The position numbers and the translations under genes are program-made. A DNA stretch of 64,000 bases, from contig CM022674.1 in assembly GCA_012295275.1 (NCBI GenBank), positions 12,710,001-12,774,000 of the forward strand, written 5' to 3'. The stretch is from Chrysomallon squamiferum. Lineage: Eukaryota > Animalia > Mollusca. The notes under the pieces are model-generated. The model saw only the letters and a list, made by a program, of their open reading frames with translations, was not told the origin of the DNA and searched no databases. Numbering within the stretch: the first letter of the stretch is position 1; each line of letters begins with the position of its first letter. Positions 15,310 to 29,002 of this stretch are shown here, piece by piece.

Positions 15310-15560
15310 GTGAAAGGATATATCTTTAATACTGAAAGGATATGTAATTAGAATTGAAAGGATATGTACTTAGTACTGAAAGGATATATATTTAGTACTG
15401 AAAGGATATATATTTAGCACTTAAAGGATATATATTTAGTACTGAAAGGATATATATTTAGTACTGAAAGGATATTTATTTAACACTTAAAGGATATATT
15501 TAGTCCTAAAAAGAGACACATTTGGTCCTCAAAGGATATACATTTAATTGTCAAAGGATT
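15310..15560. repeat. 22-bp tandem array
   Basis: Unit tagtactgaaaggatatatatt, about 10 copies. Confidence 0.9.
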
Positions 15561-16224
15561 CAGATTTCACAGAATACTCTTGTTGTTGTTGTTGTTTTCT
15601 CATTTGCTTCAAGGAAATTTTACTGCAATCCATTTAAGAAAATATTACTTTCCGATTTAAAAAAAAAAAAAAAAAAAAATTAATATTTATATATTTTTTT
15701 TTTTATATAAAAGTAATTTGGGAAAATGGAATTGCTTTGTAATGATGCCTTCAGGCTGGTTATAAATATTTAGCTTCATATATGTTGAGGAATTTATTTT
15801 TGGTATGCTAATGAAATTTTATAAATTTTTCAAAGGTTTTGACGTTTTTGCACTAAGCTAGCTATTACTTAATTTTCTACTGGGGATGCTATTAAATTGT
15901 ATTGTACTGGAATATTATCAATTCACTTTATTCTGGGATATTGCATGTTTATTTTACACTGGTTAGTTTATTTCGTTCTTGTGTAATATCATTTTTATTT
16001 AATACTTGTGTAATATCAGTGTTTTTTTTCACACTGTTTTTAAAACTATAATCAGTTTACACCCAAATCATTGATAACCTTTGCAACTGTACTGGAATAT
16101 CACAAGTTTGCATGATTGCAACACACAGGCAGGCAGGCAGCCTACCTCACAACTACAGCAGTATCATTACAAACCACCACGACGTGAAAACATTACTGCT
16201 ATTTTATTACTGGATTAAATTCCA

Positions 16225-16460
16225 CAACTGACACCAAGTGTTAAAACTACCAGAATACCAGATTGTATAAAACTACGAGAATACTGAAGTGTTAAAATTG
16301 TACCAAAATACTGGATTGTTTAAAACTACAAGAATACCAAAGTGTTAAAAGTAAAAGTGTACAAGAATACCGAAATGTTAAAAGTGTACGAGAACATCGG
16401 ATTGTTACGAAAATGAAAATAATGACCTGTTAAAATTCTATGAGAACACCGGATTGATAT
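16225..16460. repeat. Degenerate tandem array, unit about 25 bp
   Basis: Recurring agaatacc(aaagt/ggatt)gttaaaa(ac/g)tac. Confidence 0.75.
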
Positions 16461-16734
16461 ACATCAGAGTAAAACAAGAGTGATACATTTACTGCACTGT
16501 TTGTGTTTCACTGTCTGTTAACTGCAGTATGCTCACAGTTCATTCACCATGTTGCTGTTTTATAATTTACTTATCACTGTGGACTATGGATTATAGTACA
16601 CAGCAGTGTATCTAATACAGATTGTATTCTGCAGTCTGTACCACACTGCAAATGGATTTTTTTTTTCACTCTGCACTGTCCAGCTGAAAAGTAACAAATG
16701 TGTGTATATATGTTAAAGAAAACACTCAGTGAAG

Positions 16735-17150
16735 AAGTATTACCTGGATATTAACGAGGATTCATACCTGAATATTACAACCAGTTTTACCTGGTTGTTA
16801 TGAATTATTTTACGATATTAATATTGTTTTAAATAAAATTTATGAAGTATTTTTATGTGAATGTTAAGGATTAATACCTGAATAATACCTTTATTACCTA
16901 GGATTTGTACCTGAAATTCATTTATGTATCACAGAATTTTTTTTCATCTGGAATTGATTTATATAAACCAAAGGATCATGACCTGAATATTGCCTACATA
17001 TCAAAGGATTTACCTGAATATTACCTGTATATTATAAAGGAATATTACCTGCATATTATTACCTGTTTGCTGCGGATGGTAACTTCCTGAATATTACCTC
17101 CATATTACAAAGGATTATTATCTAAATATTACCTGAACATTACATTTACA
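16735..17150. repeat. Degenerate array of ttacctgaatat
   Basis: More than 10 imperfect copies. Confidence 0.7.
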
Positions 17151-17438
17151 TGAATGTAGTTCCTTATTAAATAGTAGTGATATAAATAATATATCTGTCA
17201 CAGGTCACTCACTGTGTTATTATATGAGGATAATATCACAGTAATGTTGCCAGCCTGTGATTGGATTGTTACACATTAGTCCAGTGGATTATTTTTACCT
17301 GCAAAACACCTGACACTTGTAGAGAAACACCTGAGATAAGAGATTAACTTTGCCAGGTAAGACAGAATTTGATAAACGTTTACGTTCTGTGTGTGTGTTT
17401 TTTTTTTTATATACTGCTGTTTAATTTTCATACAGGTA

Positions 17439-17476
<38 letters not shown>

Positions 17477-17843
17477 TGTCTGTGTGTCTGTGTAGAAAAT
17501 ACATGTATTTGTATATTTATCTTCATGTGAATACATGATGTGTACTCTGAGTGAGTGTATACGTGTTCATGTGTTAATGAGCATTATGAATGCATATATT
17601 ATGCATATTTGTGTACTTATCTTTGTGTCAAAGTAAAAGGCTGTGGGTTTAATTGCTTGTTTGTGTGTGTGTGTGCAGAATATATGCAAGTGTGTGGGTG
17701 TGTATGTGTTGTGAATGCATATATTATGTGTACTTTTGTATTTATTGTTTTATCAATAGTTGTATGTGTGTTTCTGTGTGTGTGTGTGTTGAAAGGTTTT
17801 AAATTTTTTAAATTTTTTTACAAGAAAATACATTTTTATTTTG

Positions 17844-17883
<40 letters not shown>

Positions 17884-19235
17884 TATATATGTGGACAAAC
17901 ATACAGGGGTAAATACATACGTGTTTATGTACATGCAAGGTTGAATACTGAAGGTATTAAAGTTCATGTGTGTATTTATTACTGATGATCAATACACCTT
18001 GTATTACACCATCTGCTGTGAGCTGTGATAAATGGGAGACAACTCTGCGTAAAGAAAATTTTCTGACTTCTTCTATCCACTCTTCTAAACATCAAGACAT
18101 TAGCGATCGATATCAGCATTACGGCCATCATAAAAATGTCTCAGCTTTCATGATTTTCATAAAAATTACATCAAACTGAACTACATCAGTGTCGTGTTTC
18201 AGCCTCAGTATTAGTCTTGTGTTTAAAATGTTGTTGTGTTTAAAAGTAATAAACAAATTAAAGGAATAATGCTCTTATGTTTAAAATGTAGTTGTGTTTA
18301 AAGGTAATAAACAAATAAAAGGAGTAATGTAATAATTAAATAGTAAAAGCAGCAGTAGTAGTAGTTGTAGTAGTTTTAATTAGTTGCATGACGATTAATA
18401 ATATAAAAAAGGTTAATTTAAAAATAAATAAATAATTAAATATATGAGTATTATTGTTGGTAGTGGTGGTGGTGGTGGTAGTGGTAGTAATTGTAACAGT
18501 AGTAGTAGCAGTAGGTGTATTAGTAAAAAATAATAATAACAACAACAACAACAATAGTAATAATAAGAAAAACAACAAGAATAATCACAGTCACAGGATA
18601 TAAATATATAAAATTTTCAATAAACCAACCCACCATGAAAGCCACATCAAAACCAGTACCCACTGCAAGTGATAAAACCACACCAAACATTTTCTCTCTG
18701 TTTTTTTAAAATCATCATCTCAAACGTTACAAATGTGAAGATTTGTTTTTTTACATCACAAACCACTGAGATACAAACACTTGTATTAAAACTGCATCAC
18801 TCAGTACATCTACTCTGTTTCTTTACTGACTACCACTACAACAGCCAGCCCTGGGGCCTTCTGCTTGTAAAAAAACAGATTTATTTATAGCTCAAGTAGC
18901 TAGAATAATTACACATCAGTAAACAGATATTTTTTTTTACTCTTTTTTTTAGTTTTTGTTTTTTTAAATACTTAAAATTATATAATATTTTTTTATATTT
19001 ATTGGTTTTACTGTATAAACATTTATTATTTATGAGAAAGGATTTTTACATATCAAAGTTTTTATTTTTTTTTATTTGTAGATTTTATTAAGTGAATATT
19101 TGTATAAAATTACCTTTTCTTTATATGTTAAACTGATTTATTTTTTTATTTATTCACATGGTTGCTGTATGTTGAAAAAGCTATGTTTATATTTTTTGTA
19201 TTTGTGTCAGTCTGAAAGCATGCATGTGCGCATGC

Positions 19236-19282
<47 letters not shown>

Positions 19283-19479
19283 GTGTGTGTGTGTGTGTGA
19301 AATAATATATCTAATAAATCAAACAAGTAATGAGTGATTATTTTTGACAAAAATTCTGTTAAAATGTAATTGATACATTTATCCAAAATGTTGCTCATGG
19401 TTGCAGGGATAATCATTACTGTAATAAAGTACATATAAACTAATATATTGGTGTAGGCATATACTGATGTAGCATACAT

Positions 19480-19975
19480 AATTATATTACACATCACAGT
19501 ATGTCAGGGTGAGAATATACAGCATATGTGAGTGTACATATTGTAATACCACTGTTTAGTGTAATACAAGGTTATATAGCATGTACATGTTGCATATAGT
19601 AACCTCAGTGTTCAGTATATCACAGAAAGATAAATACAGTGAATATGTTACATATTGTAATATCGATTTATAAAATACAGTGCATATGTTGCATATAATA
19701 TACAATATAATATACAGTGTAAATACAGTGAATATGATATGTATTATAATATCACTATATAATATACAGTGTATATGTTACATATCATAATATCACCACA
19801 TACCATAGAAAGGTAAATACACTGTATATGTTACATACCATAATATTACTGTTTAATATCCCAGACAGATAAACACAGTGTTTATGTTACATAGTGTAAT
19901 ATCGCTGTATGATACACAGTATAAATGTTACATATCGTAATATCGCTTGTGTAATATACAGTGTATATGCCATAT
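19480..19975. repeat. Degenerate tandem array, unit about 45-55 bp
   Basis: Recurring atacagtgtatatgttacatat.gtaatatc. Confidence 0.75.
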
Positions 19976-20359
19976 CTTGAAGTTAAGTAAGAGTATATTA
20001 AACGTGACATTCTACAAAGATAATGTTATACTCGTGTGTGACTACAGCTGACACCAGATCTGTCTCACTGACCCACTGACAACCGGCAGAGACTCTCGAA
20101 GAAAAGGAAATCCACATACTACATGTGGCTTCACAACTTACTCATGTGTTAAAGCTCACCCGTTTGCCCGGGGCCACTTAACACAAAAGCCAAGCATGAA
20201 CTAATGATGTCTTCAACATCACCATGGGCTGCTCTTATCTGCCAGTGCTGCTAATACATGTAGAGAGAGAGAGAGACGTCTGATATCCCCTCACTCAATG
20301 TGTACAGCCGTTTAGAAGTGCTTTCTGCTTTATTTGTTGCCGTGTGGAATACGTTACTG

Positions 20360-21050
20360 GTGGGATAACTGATTTTTATACACACTGAATTATGTGATAT
20401 AAAAATTTGTTTAATAAGGCATTGGATAACTGAGTTTTGCACCACTGAATTATGTGATTATAGGAGCGTGTACACTGAGGTACTGGATAACCTTTTTTTT
20501 ATACACACAGCACACAAGTGAGTTCATTTAGGATTACTTAATAATAATATTACTATATTGGATATGGTGTTGATATTATACTGGTGTGCTAACATATTTT
20601 TATACACTGAAGTATGTGATATACAAGTGTGTTCATTAAGGTACTGGATAACTAAATAATATTACCTGATTGTTATTATATTGGTGTGACTAAGTTGATG
20701 TACTGAACTGTGTGATATACAAGTGTTTTTTAAGACACTGGATAATTTAATAATATTAGCACAGTGGACAAATTACTGATATTACACTGGTGCGAGTTTT
20801 ATACACTGAACTATGTGATATACAAGTGTTTTTTTAAGACATAGGGCCAAATTAATTTAATTGTGTGATAATAGTTTTTTTTTAAGACATAGGGTAATTT
20901 AATAATACTAGCCAAATTACTAGTATTACAATTGTGTGATAACTGAGTTTTATACACTGAACTTTGTGATATACAAGAGTGTCTCTTAAGACAAATTACT
21001 GGTATTACGTTGGAGTGATAGTGTTACAGGATAACTGATACTGGTTTATA
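20360..21050. repeat. Degenerate tandem array
   Basis: Recurring ttttatacactgaa.tatgtgatatacaagtgt...actggataac. Confidence 0.75.
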
Positions 21051-22226
21051 TACCACCAGGCAGACTGCGTCTGAGAAAGACAAGTGTTGAGATGTGCTCA
21101 TTAATGCACTGGATATATTAAAACTATTGCTGTGTTGAAAAGGTTAATGGTATCACTACAAGTTTGTAACAGTTTTACTGGGTAACTGATGTTTGATTTG
21201 TTTACTAGTCTTTTTTGTTCTACAATCACATGGTTGTGTTCCATTAGTATACTGGATAACTATTTAATATTACCATTTATTGCCACGTTCAATAAGTTAT
21301 TCATATTACACAGGTTACTGGGTGAATAATATCTAATATACCTACCAGATCTGTCTGTTTTATGACATATAACAGTTTTAAATCTACTCTTTAACAAACT
21401 GGATACACTGCTTGTGTTATATCATACATATTAAATATGATACTGTCACTAAATAACTGGTAATATGAACCAAGCCATCACAGGTTGTAAATTAATTTTT
21501 AATTTTTAATTTTTTATCTAAATGATATTTTATTTTCATTTTTAACCACACAACTGTTAGATATACAAATAATATTTCATTGCAGTTGTTGTCCAAGCTG
21601 CAGTTTGGTGTAAATGATTGTTACGTTTCATTTACTTACTCAACAGTCCGTTTGCTATATAAAACAATTTCTGTTTCGATTACTTCTTACTGTTGGATAT
21701 AAATTATATTTCACGGTTGACAGACACATGTCTACTGATGGATTATACAGTGGTAATTTATTATGATCATATTTGATACAGCTGATCTATATTTTGGATT
21801 GTATTTCATTCACGTTGCGTGTATATATGCAACTCTGCGTTCTCGGTACGTAGACAAAACTGGATGTTTGTGAAAACGCTGCAGTTAGTTCATGCATTAT
21901 CTTTCTGTGGATTCTGAAATTTGTTTCAATTCTTGATCAAACAGGATTAAACATTTGTATTAGACTCCCACTCAGTGCTTGCTAGTTATTTTGGATCAGT
22001 ACAAAAAATGCGGATGGATACCTATTGGTAAATACAGAGAGGTGAGTAATTTTAAATGTTAAATGAACACAGATACACAATCACTCAAATTATAAACACA
22101 CCACATACATACGTGCCATGCTAAAGATAGAAACTATATATACGAAACTGTACTGTGTATGTATGTGTATGTCTAATGTTCCTGTATGTATATAGCCTAT
22201 GTATAATATGTATGTGCAGAAAATAC

Positions 22227-22292
<66 letters not shown>

Positions 22293-22699
22293 CTCTGTAA
22301 GGAACACACAGAGAAACCCATACATTATATCTTTATTACAAAATGTTTTCTGTCTGTTTTTTTCAAAAATAAATTCTAAGGTTGATTACTAATCTAAATG
22401 TGGCCATCTCTGGCATCACCTTTGTGCTTTGAACACTGTATGTTTCACAGACGTTGCCTATCAGCGTGGCTGCAGTCTGTGTGTGTGTGTATCACGTTGC
22501 AGCGGTGTGCGATACAGAGAACAGGAAACGTTTAAAAGGGCTGAGCTTTGAATACATGTAGTTTTATTTGAGTAAGCCAATACTGGGGGAGTACGTGTTA
22601 GATAAACAGTTTTATTACACACATAAGTATACACTTTTATTTACACACGCTCTTTTAAGGTGAAGTTGAATGTTTGAGTGAGATAACTGTAGATAACTT

Positions 22700-23200
22700 G
22701 TTTTAAGATAAATAATTTATTACCTACATATGTTTACAGTTTTATTTAGACAAGTTTAGATATTGTTCAGTGAAATTAAAGTGATGTTAATAGGAGATAG
22801 CTTGTAAGATAAATAATTTATTATATATGTAGCTTGTAAGATAAATAATTTATTATATATGTAGCTTGTAAGATAAATCATTTATTATATATGTATGTTT
22901 ACAGTTTTATTTAGACAAGTTTAGATATTGTTCAGTGAAATTAAAGTGATGTTAATAGGAGATAGCTTGTAAGATAAATAATTTATTATATATGTAGCTT
23001 GTAAGATAAATCATTTATTATATATGTATGTTTACAGTTTTATTTAGACAGGTTTAGATATTGTTCAGTGAAATTAAAGTGATGTTAATAGGAGACAGAT
23101 AATTTATTATATATGTATGTTTACAAATTAAGTTTTCATTTAGTGAAATTAATGTCAACAGTAGATAAATTTTGCAGGATAAATAATTTATGAGTTAAAC
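22700..23200. repeat. Nested recent tandem duplication (32-bp units inside units of about 110-170 bp)
   Basis: tatgtttacagttttatttagacaagtttagatattgttcagtgaaattaaagtgatgttaataggaga occurs three times, interleaved with tagcttgtaagataaataatttattatatatg. Confidence 0.9.
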
Positions 23201-24187
23201 TGTTTTAATTATACAAATTAATTTATTGTTTGGTGAAATTAATGTTTATCTTTGAATAAATTAACAGTAGTTTATTAATTTATTACATATATGGATACAT
23301 AATTTTATTTGTGCAAGGTAATATTAGTTTCCTTAAGGTGAAGTAGAATTTGTTGTTTTATTTAAGAAGTTCTAATTCCAATTCTGTGATACACACGCAC
23401 ACACATACATACTGACAGACATACAGATATATAAAGATAGATACATACACACATATACACACACATGGTATCATGTATGTATTACATCTGTGTATATGAT
23501 TGTTTTTATCTGTGTACTAATCAATATACTGATGATGTATGTATGTATGTATGTATGAGGAGGTGTGTGTTTGTGTTAATATTTATGTGTACATATGTTG
23601 TATGTTTTGTCTATGTATTATGCATATAACTATCTGTGTATGAATCTGTTTATATTTAATACACACACACATACACACACACAAATAGACACATACATAT
23701 GCATGCATACATACATACATATGTGAATGTGGGTATGTATGTGTATTACATGCATTCATATATAATAATCTCAATATTAATTTTAGACATGATCAGATTA
23801 CATCTTTTCTTACTGACTTGTTTTAAAAAATCTTCTCTCATTCTCCCTTGATAACCGCTAAGCAAAAGAAACTCAATTAATTGTGTTCACTGAAGAATTC
23901 AAGCACAGGAAATCTTGAGGCTAAATATAGTTAATTGATGCCTGCTGAATAGCTGAAGATTAAACAGTGAACTGGCGCACTAAACACAGGAATGTTTACT
24001 TTGTTGTGTTAGCTTCCACACATGTTGTGTTAACTATACCTTTGTAATAGACTGACTGGTGTGAGATATCTCGCTTATTTATCTTTCTGTGGTATGTGTG
24101 TGTGATAGGTGTGTGAGTGTGTGTGTGTGTGTGTGTGTGATAGGTGTGTGAGTGTGTGTGTGTGTGTGTGTGATAGGTGTGTGAGTG

Positions 24188-24218
<31 letters not shown>

Positions 24219-24289
24219 TGGAAATACATACATGTATACATGAATCTTGAACACAGGTACATATCAGCTGCTGATGTGCACATATATTT

Positions 24290-24321
<32 letters not shown>

Positions 24322-24647
24322 ATGGAAACATACATACATACATACATACATACATACATACATACATACATACATACACATATATTGTAAGATATACATA
24401 TTAATATATATCATTTGTGTTTGTGTGTTTACAAATGTCTTCACAGTACAGGTATTTTAATAATCTGTAGAATAACATGTATTAACAATATTTATCTGTG
24501 TATATCTACCTTCATATAGTCCTGTTAGAAAAACAAATGAAAATGGACATCATTAGCCATTGAAATATTTTGTTTCAACAGGAAAGAAAAAAAAGAAAAA
24601 ACAAATGAACAATGTCCTTTCTTTAAGAAGGCTATTAAAATTTGAAT

Positions 24648-24737
<90 letters not shown>

Positions 24738-25102
24738 ATTGTAACACTTAACTGACAAACTAGCTAGCTGAAGAGTACCTCCCTATCACTTTGTTTAGAA
24801 ATGTGTAGTGTATTTAACTGTGTGTGTGTTATTTCTATCAGCCTGTTAACCATGTGTGAACTGGCATTTTCATTTCATCAGTCTTCCTTGTGCCTCTGTG
24901 TGTGTGTGTGTGTGTGTGTTTATATTTGAGTGCATACCTTCAGCCTTTCTGTGTATTTATACTTCAAGTAGATTATTTCTGTCTCAATATCTGTTTTAAC
25001 AGAGCTTTCAGATTCTTTTACAATGTGCTTTATTAAGTATAGATTAAGATTTAGGGAGAAAGTGAGGTTATTTGTAAATTTAATAGATTGTTTAAGATAA
25101 AG

Positions 25103-25154
<52 letters not shown>

Positions 25155-25477
25155 GCATCTGTTGTGTATATGTTTGTCCCTATGATTTTTGTAAGTAGTA
25201 TATGTGTGGGTTTTGTATAATGTATATGTGTAATGTTTGAAGATTAATGTATGTTGTATGATTATATTCTTGTGAATTATCTGTATTCATATATATAGAT
25301 GTATGTTGTTATAATTTGTAACAGACACACATACACATTCAGTCACACACACATAAACAATCACAGACACACACAGTCACACACACAGTCACCCACACAC
25401 ACACACACACAAACACAAACACACACACACACACAAACACTAACACACACACACACAAACACTAACACACACACACA

Positions 25478-25580
25478 CAGGTGTCTTTCTCTTTATCTTT
25501 CACAAATTCTCCACACAAAAGCTGAATTACATCGTGAGTTGAATTGATTCTCTAATCAAGTTCACACACACACACACAGT

Positions 25581-25624
<44 letters not shown>

Positions 25625-25805
25625 TCTTTCTCACTCTCTTTATCTTTCTCAAATTCTCCACACAAAAGCTGAATTACATCGTGAGTTGAATTGATTCTCT
25701 AATCAAGTTCCACACACAACAGGTGTCTTTCTCTTTATCTTTCACAAATTCTCCACACAAAAGCTGAATTACATCGTGAGTTGAATTGATTCTCTAATCA
25801 AGTTC
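25478..25805. repeat. Triplicated unit of about 86-92 bp separated by (CA)n
   Basis: caggtgtctttctctttatctttcacaaattctccacacaaaagctgaattacatcgtgagttgaattgattctctaatcaagttc starts at 25478, 25619 and 25720. Confidence 0.95.
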
Positions 25806-26429
25806 ACACACACATCTGTGTCAGGCTGGTCTTTGTGCTGCTCAAAGAAGCCTCATCCAATCTGGTCACTTTATTGACCACTGTCCAGCCCCATGGAGAG
25901 TTCATTGAGATGGACACTGGCTATTTGACTTGTTTTCTTGTTCTTGTAAAATGTCAGGTTTGCTTTCTGTGATCAATGGTTGAAAATCTTCACAGTGGTT
26001 TGTAGTTTCTGAAATTCAGGGTTATGGTCTTTGATGGGTTTTAGACACAGTGAATGGGTGGGTTATGGATCATAAGGGTGGGTTGTGGATCATTCAGTGG
26101 ATTATTAATTTTGTCTGTGAGTTGTGGATGCTATGGGTGGTGTATGGATGTTATCAGTGGGTTGTGGATCTTCTTAATGAGTTATGTATGTTATTGATGG
26201 ACTTTTTTTTTTTATCTTACTAATGAATTTTGGATTTTATGGGTGGTGTATGGATTTTACTAATGGATTTTAAACTTAATAGGTGGGTTATGTATTTTGG
26301 GCCTTCGTATTATATCACTCTGTATGAGTTAACTGTGTAATACGGTTAGGTATGTTACAGGTGTATCAACATAAATAAGTTAACAGTCACTATAAATAAA
26401 TCAGTTCAGCTCCAAAATGATTTAAAATC

Positions 26430-26770
26430 AATTAACGTGTGCAGGAAATATGTACTTGAACCTTCATGGTATGTTACTGTGTGCAAATTTATTATGTAAT
26501 ACTCTTATTTATGTTACAGGTGTAATAACTACAGTATTATCACACACTATCAGTAAGTCAGTCAGAAAGATTTAACATCAGCATGTCCAGGAAATATGTA
26601 CTTGAACCTTCATGGTACTATGAATGTTACTATGAATGTTTTTAATGTGCAATACAGTTATTTTATATTAGAGGTAAAATAACTAGAGTATTATCACACA
26701 CCATCAGTAAGTCAATCAGAAAGATTTAAAATCAGCATGTCCAGGAAATATGTACTTGAACTTTGTGTAT
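26430..26770. repeat. Tandem duplication, unit about 150 bp
   Basis: caggaaatatgtacttgaac occurs three times; gtattatcacaca..atcagtaagtca.tcagaaagatttaa.atcagcatgtc occurs twice. Confidence 0.8.
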
Positions 26771-28424
26771 TCCTCTGTGTATTCAGGTTATTGTGCCGTT
26801 CAGTTAGCTGTATTACAGGAGTAATGATGTGAATGGAGTCGCTGTCAATAAATCAGTGATTTCATAGCCTGTCTCATTTCTGCCTCTTTGACAGAGAGTT
26901 TACAGTCAGTTTACACAAACACGAGGAAAAAACGCTTTCACCCACAGTAATAGTGTTTGTGTGTACGCTGAGGATAAAGAGACCTGTTTGAAACACACAG
27001 CTGACGTATCATTCCTCTACACCACATCTAATCCCCGCTTATTTAAAAAGTAATCTTTGAAGCGCATGGTAACTAAATTCCTGTGTTATTCGATAACCTG
27101 GCGTGGCCTGCTATCGGTTTCCATCAACAGTGGAGTCTCCTCTCGCAGGTCGCCCACTGCATTGTGTGCATGTGTAATACAAATATGTTAATTGTCAGCT
27201 GGCTGATACGTATCTTTGATATTTTACACCTACTCATGAAATACTACACAGAGTCCACTTTTGACTCTGGATCACAATGTTTTTAGGTTTGTTTGAATGA
27301 ATTATAGCTTGTTTTGATAGTAGGGGGTCAGAAAAATAAAAAATATGTGACCACGAGAGGCATGCTTGGGTGAATTGTTAGTCTGTTTCAGCATAAATAA
27401 TTGTCCATTAAAAACCAGATTGGATTATTTTTCTGTCGTGTTTTCATAAAAAAATACAACCACAAAAGGCTTGCTTTTTTTATTTTTATAAGGTATGTGT
27501 GGGTTAAGAACTTTATGATGTGTGGTCATGGAAGGCTTGCTTAAATGTATTATACACACAGACAGACACAGAGCACATACACACACAGACAGACATACAG
27601 ACATATTAAAAAATTAATTTTTGATTATATAAAATTAGTACTATTACTAGTAGTATAGTAACAATGTTGGTGGTGATGTGGTAGTGGATGTCATTGTAGT
27701 AGCAGTAGTGGTAGTATTAGCAAGTCATGAAACTTGAGAAGAGTGTTGTATGTACAATGATTTCAGGAGTATTTAACAGCTGTTATCTCGCTGGTCGCAG
27801 GTGTCATACACAATGTATATACTGTGATTACAAACAGTTATTTCACCTGTAGCCAGGCTACCCTGGTACTTGTAAGCAGAAGACATCTTTAAACATGTTA
27901 TTGTTATTTGTAAAAAGAAGATGCATGAAGTAAGACTGTGGTATGGAAAGCTATTAATGTGATGTAGATACCCAAGTAGTAGTAAGTATGTATCTCTCTC
28001 TCGCTATCATTCTGGATTTTTTGTCTCTCCTTCCTTTTTCTTTCACTCCCCTTTCTTTGACTTGTCTTTATTTCTCTTACACTTTCTCTTTCTCTCACAA
28101 TTATTGATTCAAAAATTAAATAAGAGAAGTAAAATCATTTTGAAAAGATAGTTTTTCTTTTATTTTGTCTAATCTGTTTCTCTTATACATGCAGTGTGAA
28201 ATACATTTTTTGTTTATATTTTGTTTATATTTTGTTTATATTTTTATTAAAAATCCTGGCACAAATACTAAAACACATATCTATCTTTATTCTCTGTTTA
28301 GTATCTCCTGTATTTCACATGTAGGATTAACATGAGGGTGCAACATGGGAGACAGACTGTATGCAGTATTTTGTTAAAGTGCCCATTTTATTAGAAACTG
28401 AAAGTGTAGATGTTTAAATTTATT

Positions 28425-29002
28425 TTAGTGACAATGGCTTGGTTATGTCATATTGTCTCTTTTCGTCTTTAAAAAAGCCTAACTTCACCCTAAGGTGTCA
28501 AGAGGGAGAAGTGACTCCACCCTGTTTCTCTAGGCTAGCAAGAACCCTGCTCACATGTTACAGTCTTAGTTTTTGTTTATCTGTTTGACATTTACTTTTC
28601 ATTTTTAAATTTATTTTTAAATTTGTTTTTTGAAGTAGGCTGTGAAGAAAGTGAAATATCTGTCAAACTGTGTGTTAAATCTCATCTTCTGTCATATCTG
28701 ATAGATGACTAAGTGATACGAGTGTAACTTAACAACACAGATATCTTTCTCTCTGTATGTCCCTTTGTTTAATCTACCTGTGACAGCCAGGTATTGACAT
28801 GGGTGTGTCCAGGTAATGTCCAAGTCACCTGGCTGTGTGTGAAAACTTTCACTTGTAATCTGTCACAGGGTGTGACATAATGTCAGTATGTCACACCTAC
28901 CTGCACACACTGTTGTTTTGTTTTACATGTCAGTTTCACAGCTACCCCAGGTGTACTTTGCACACCTCCCTTTTTAGTGGGTGTGTCCCCAGATGTGTCA
29001 GG
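28425..29002. promoter_or_regulatory. Putative enhancer with clustered TGACA/TGTCA and T-box-like sites
   Basis: About 14 TGACA/TGTCA pentamers in about 570 bp, plus GGTGTGA and TCACACCT in inverted arrangement. Confidence 0.35.

Noticed and set aside
25478-25805. CRISPR-like array (also considered for 9410-9870, 41470-42240 and 61205-61612)
   Set aside because: No unique spacers, no cas genes and a eukaryotic intron context; these are ordinary tandem repeats.
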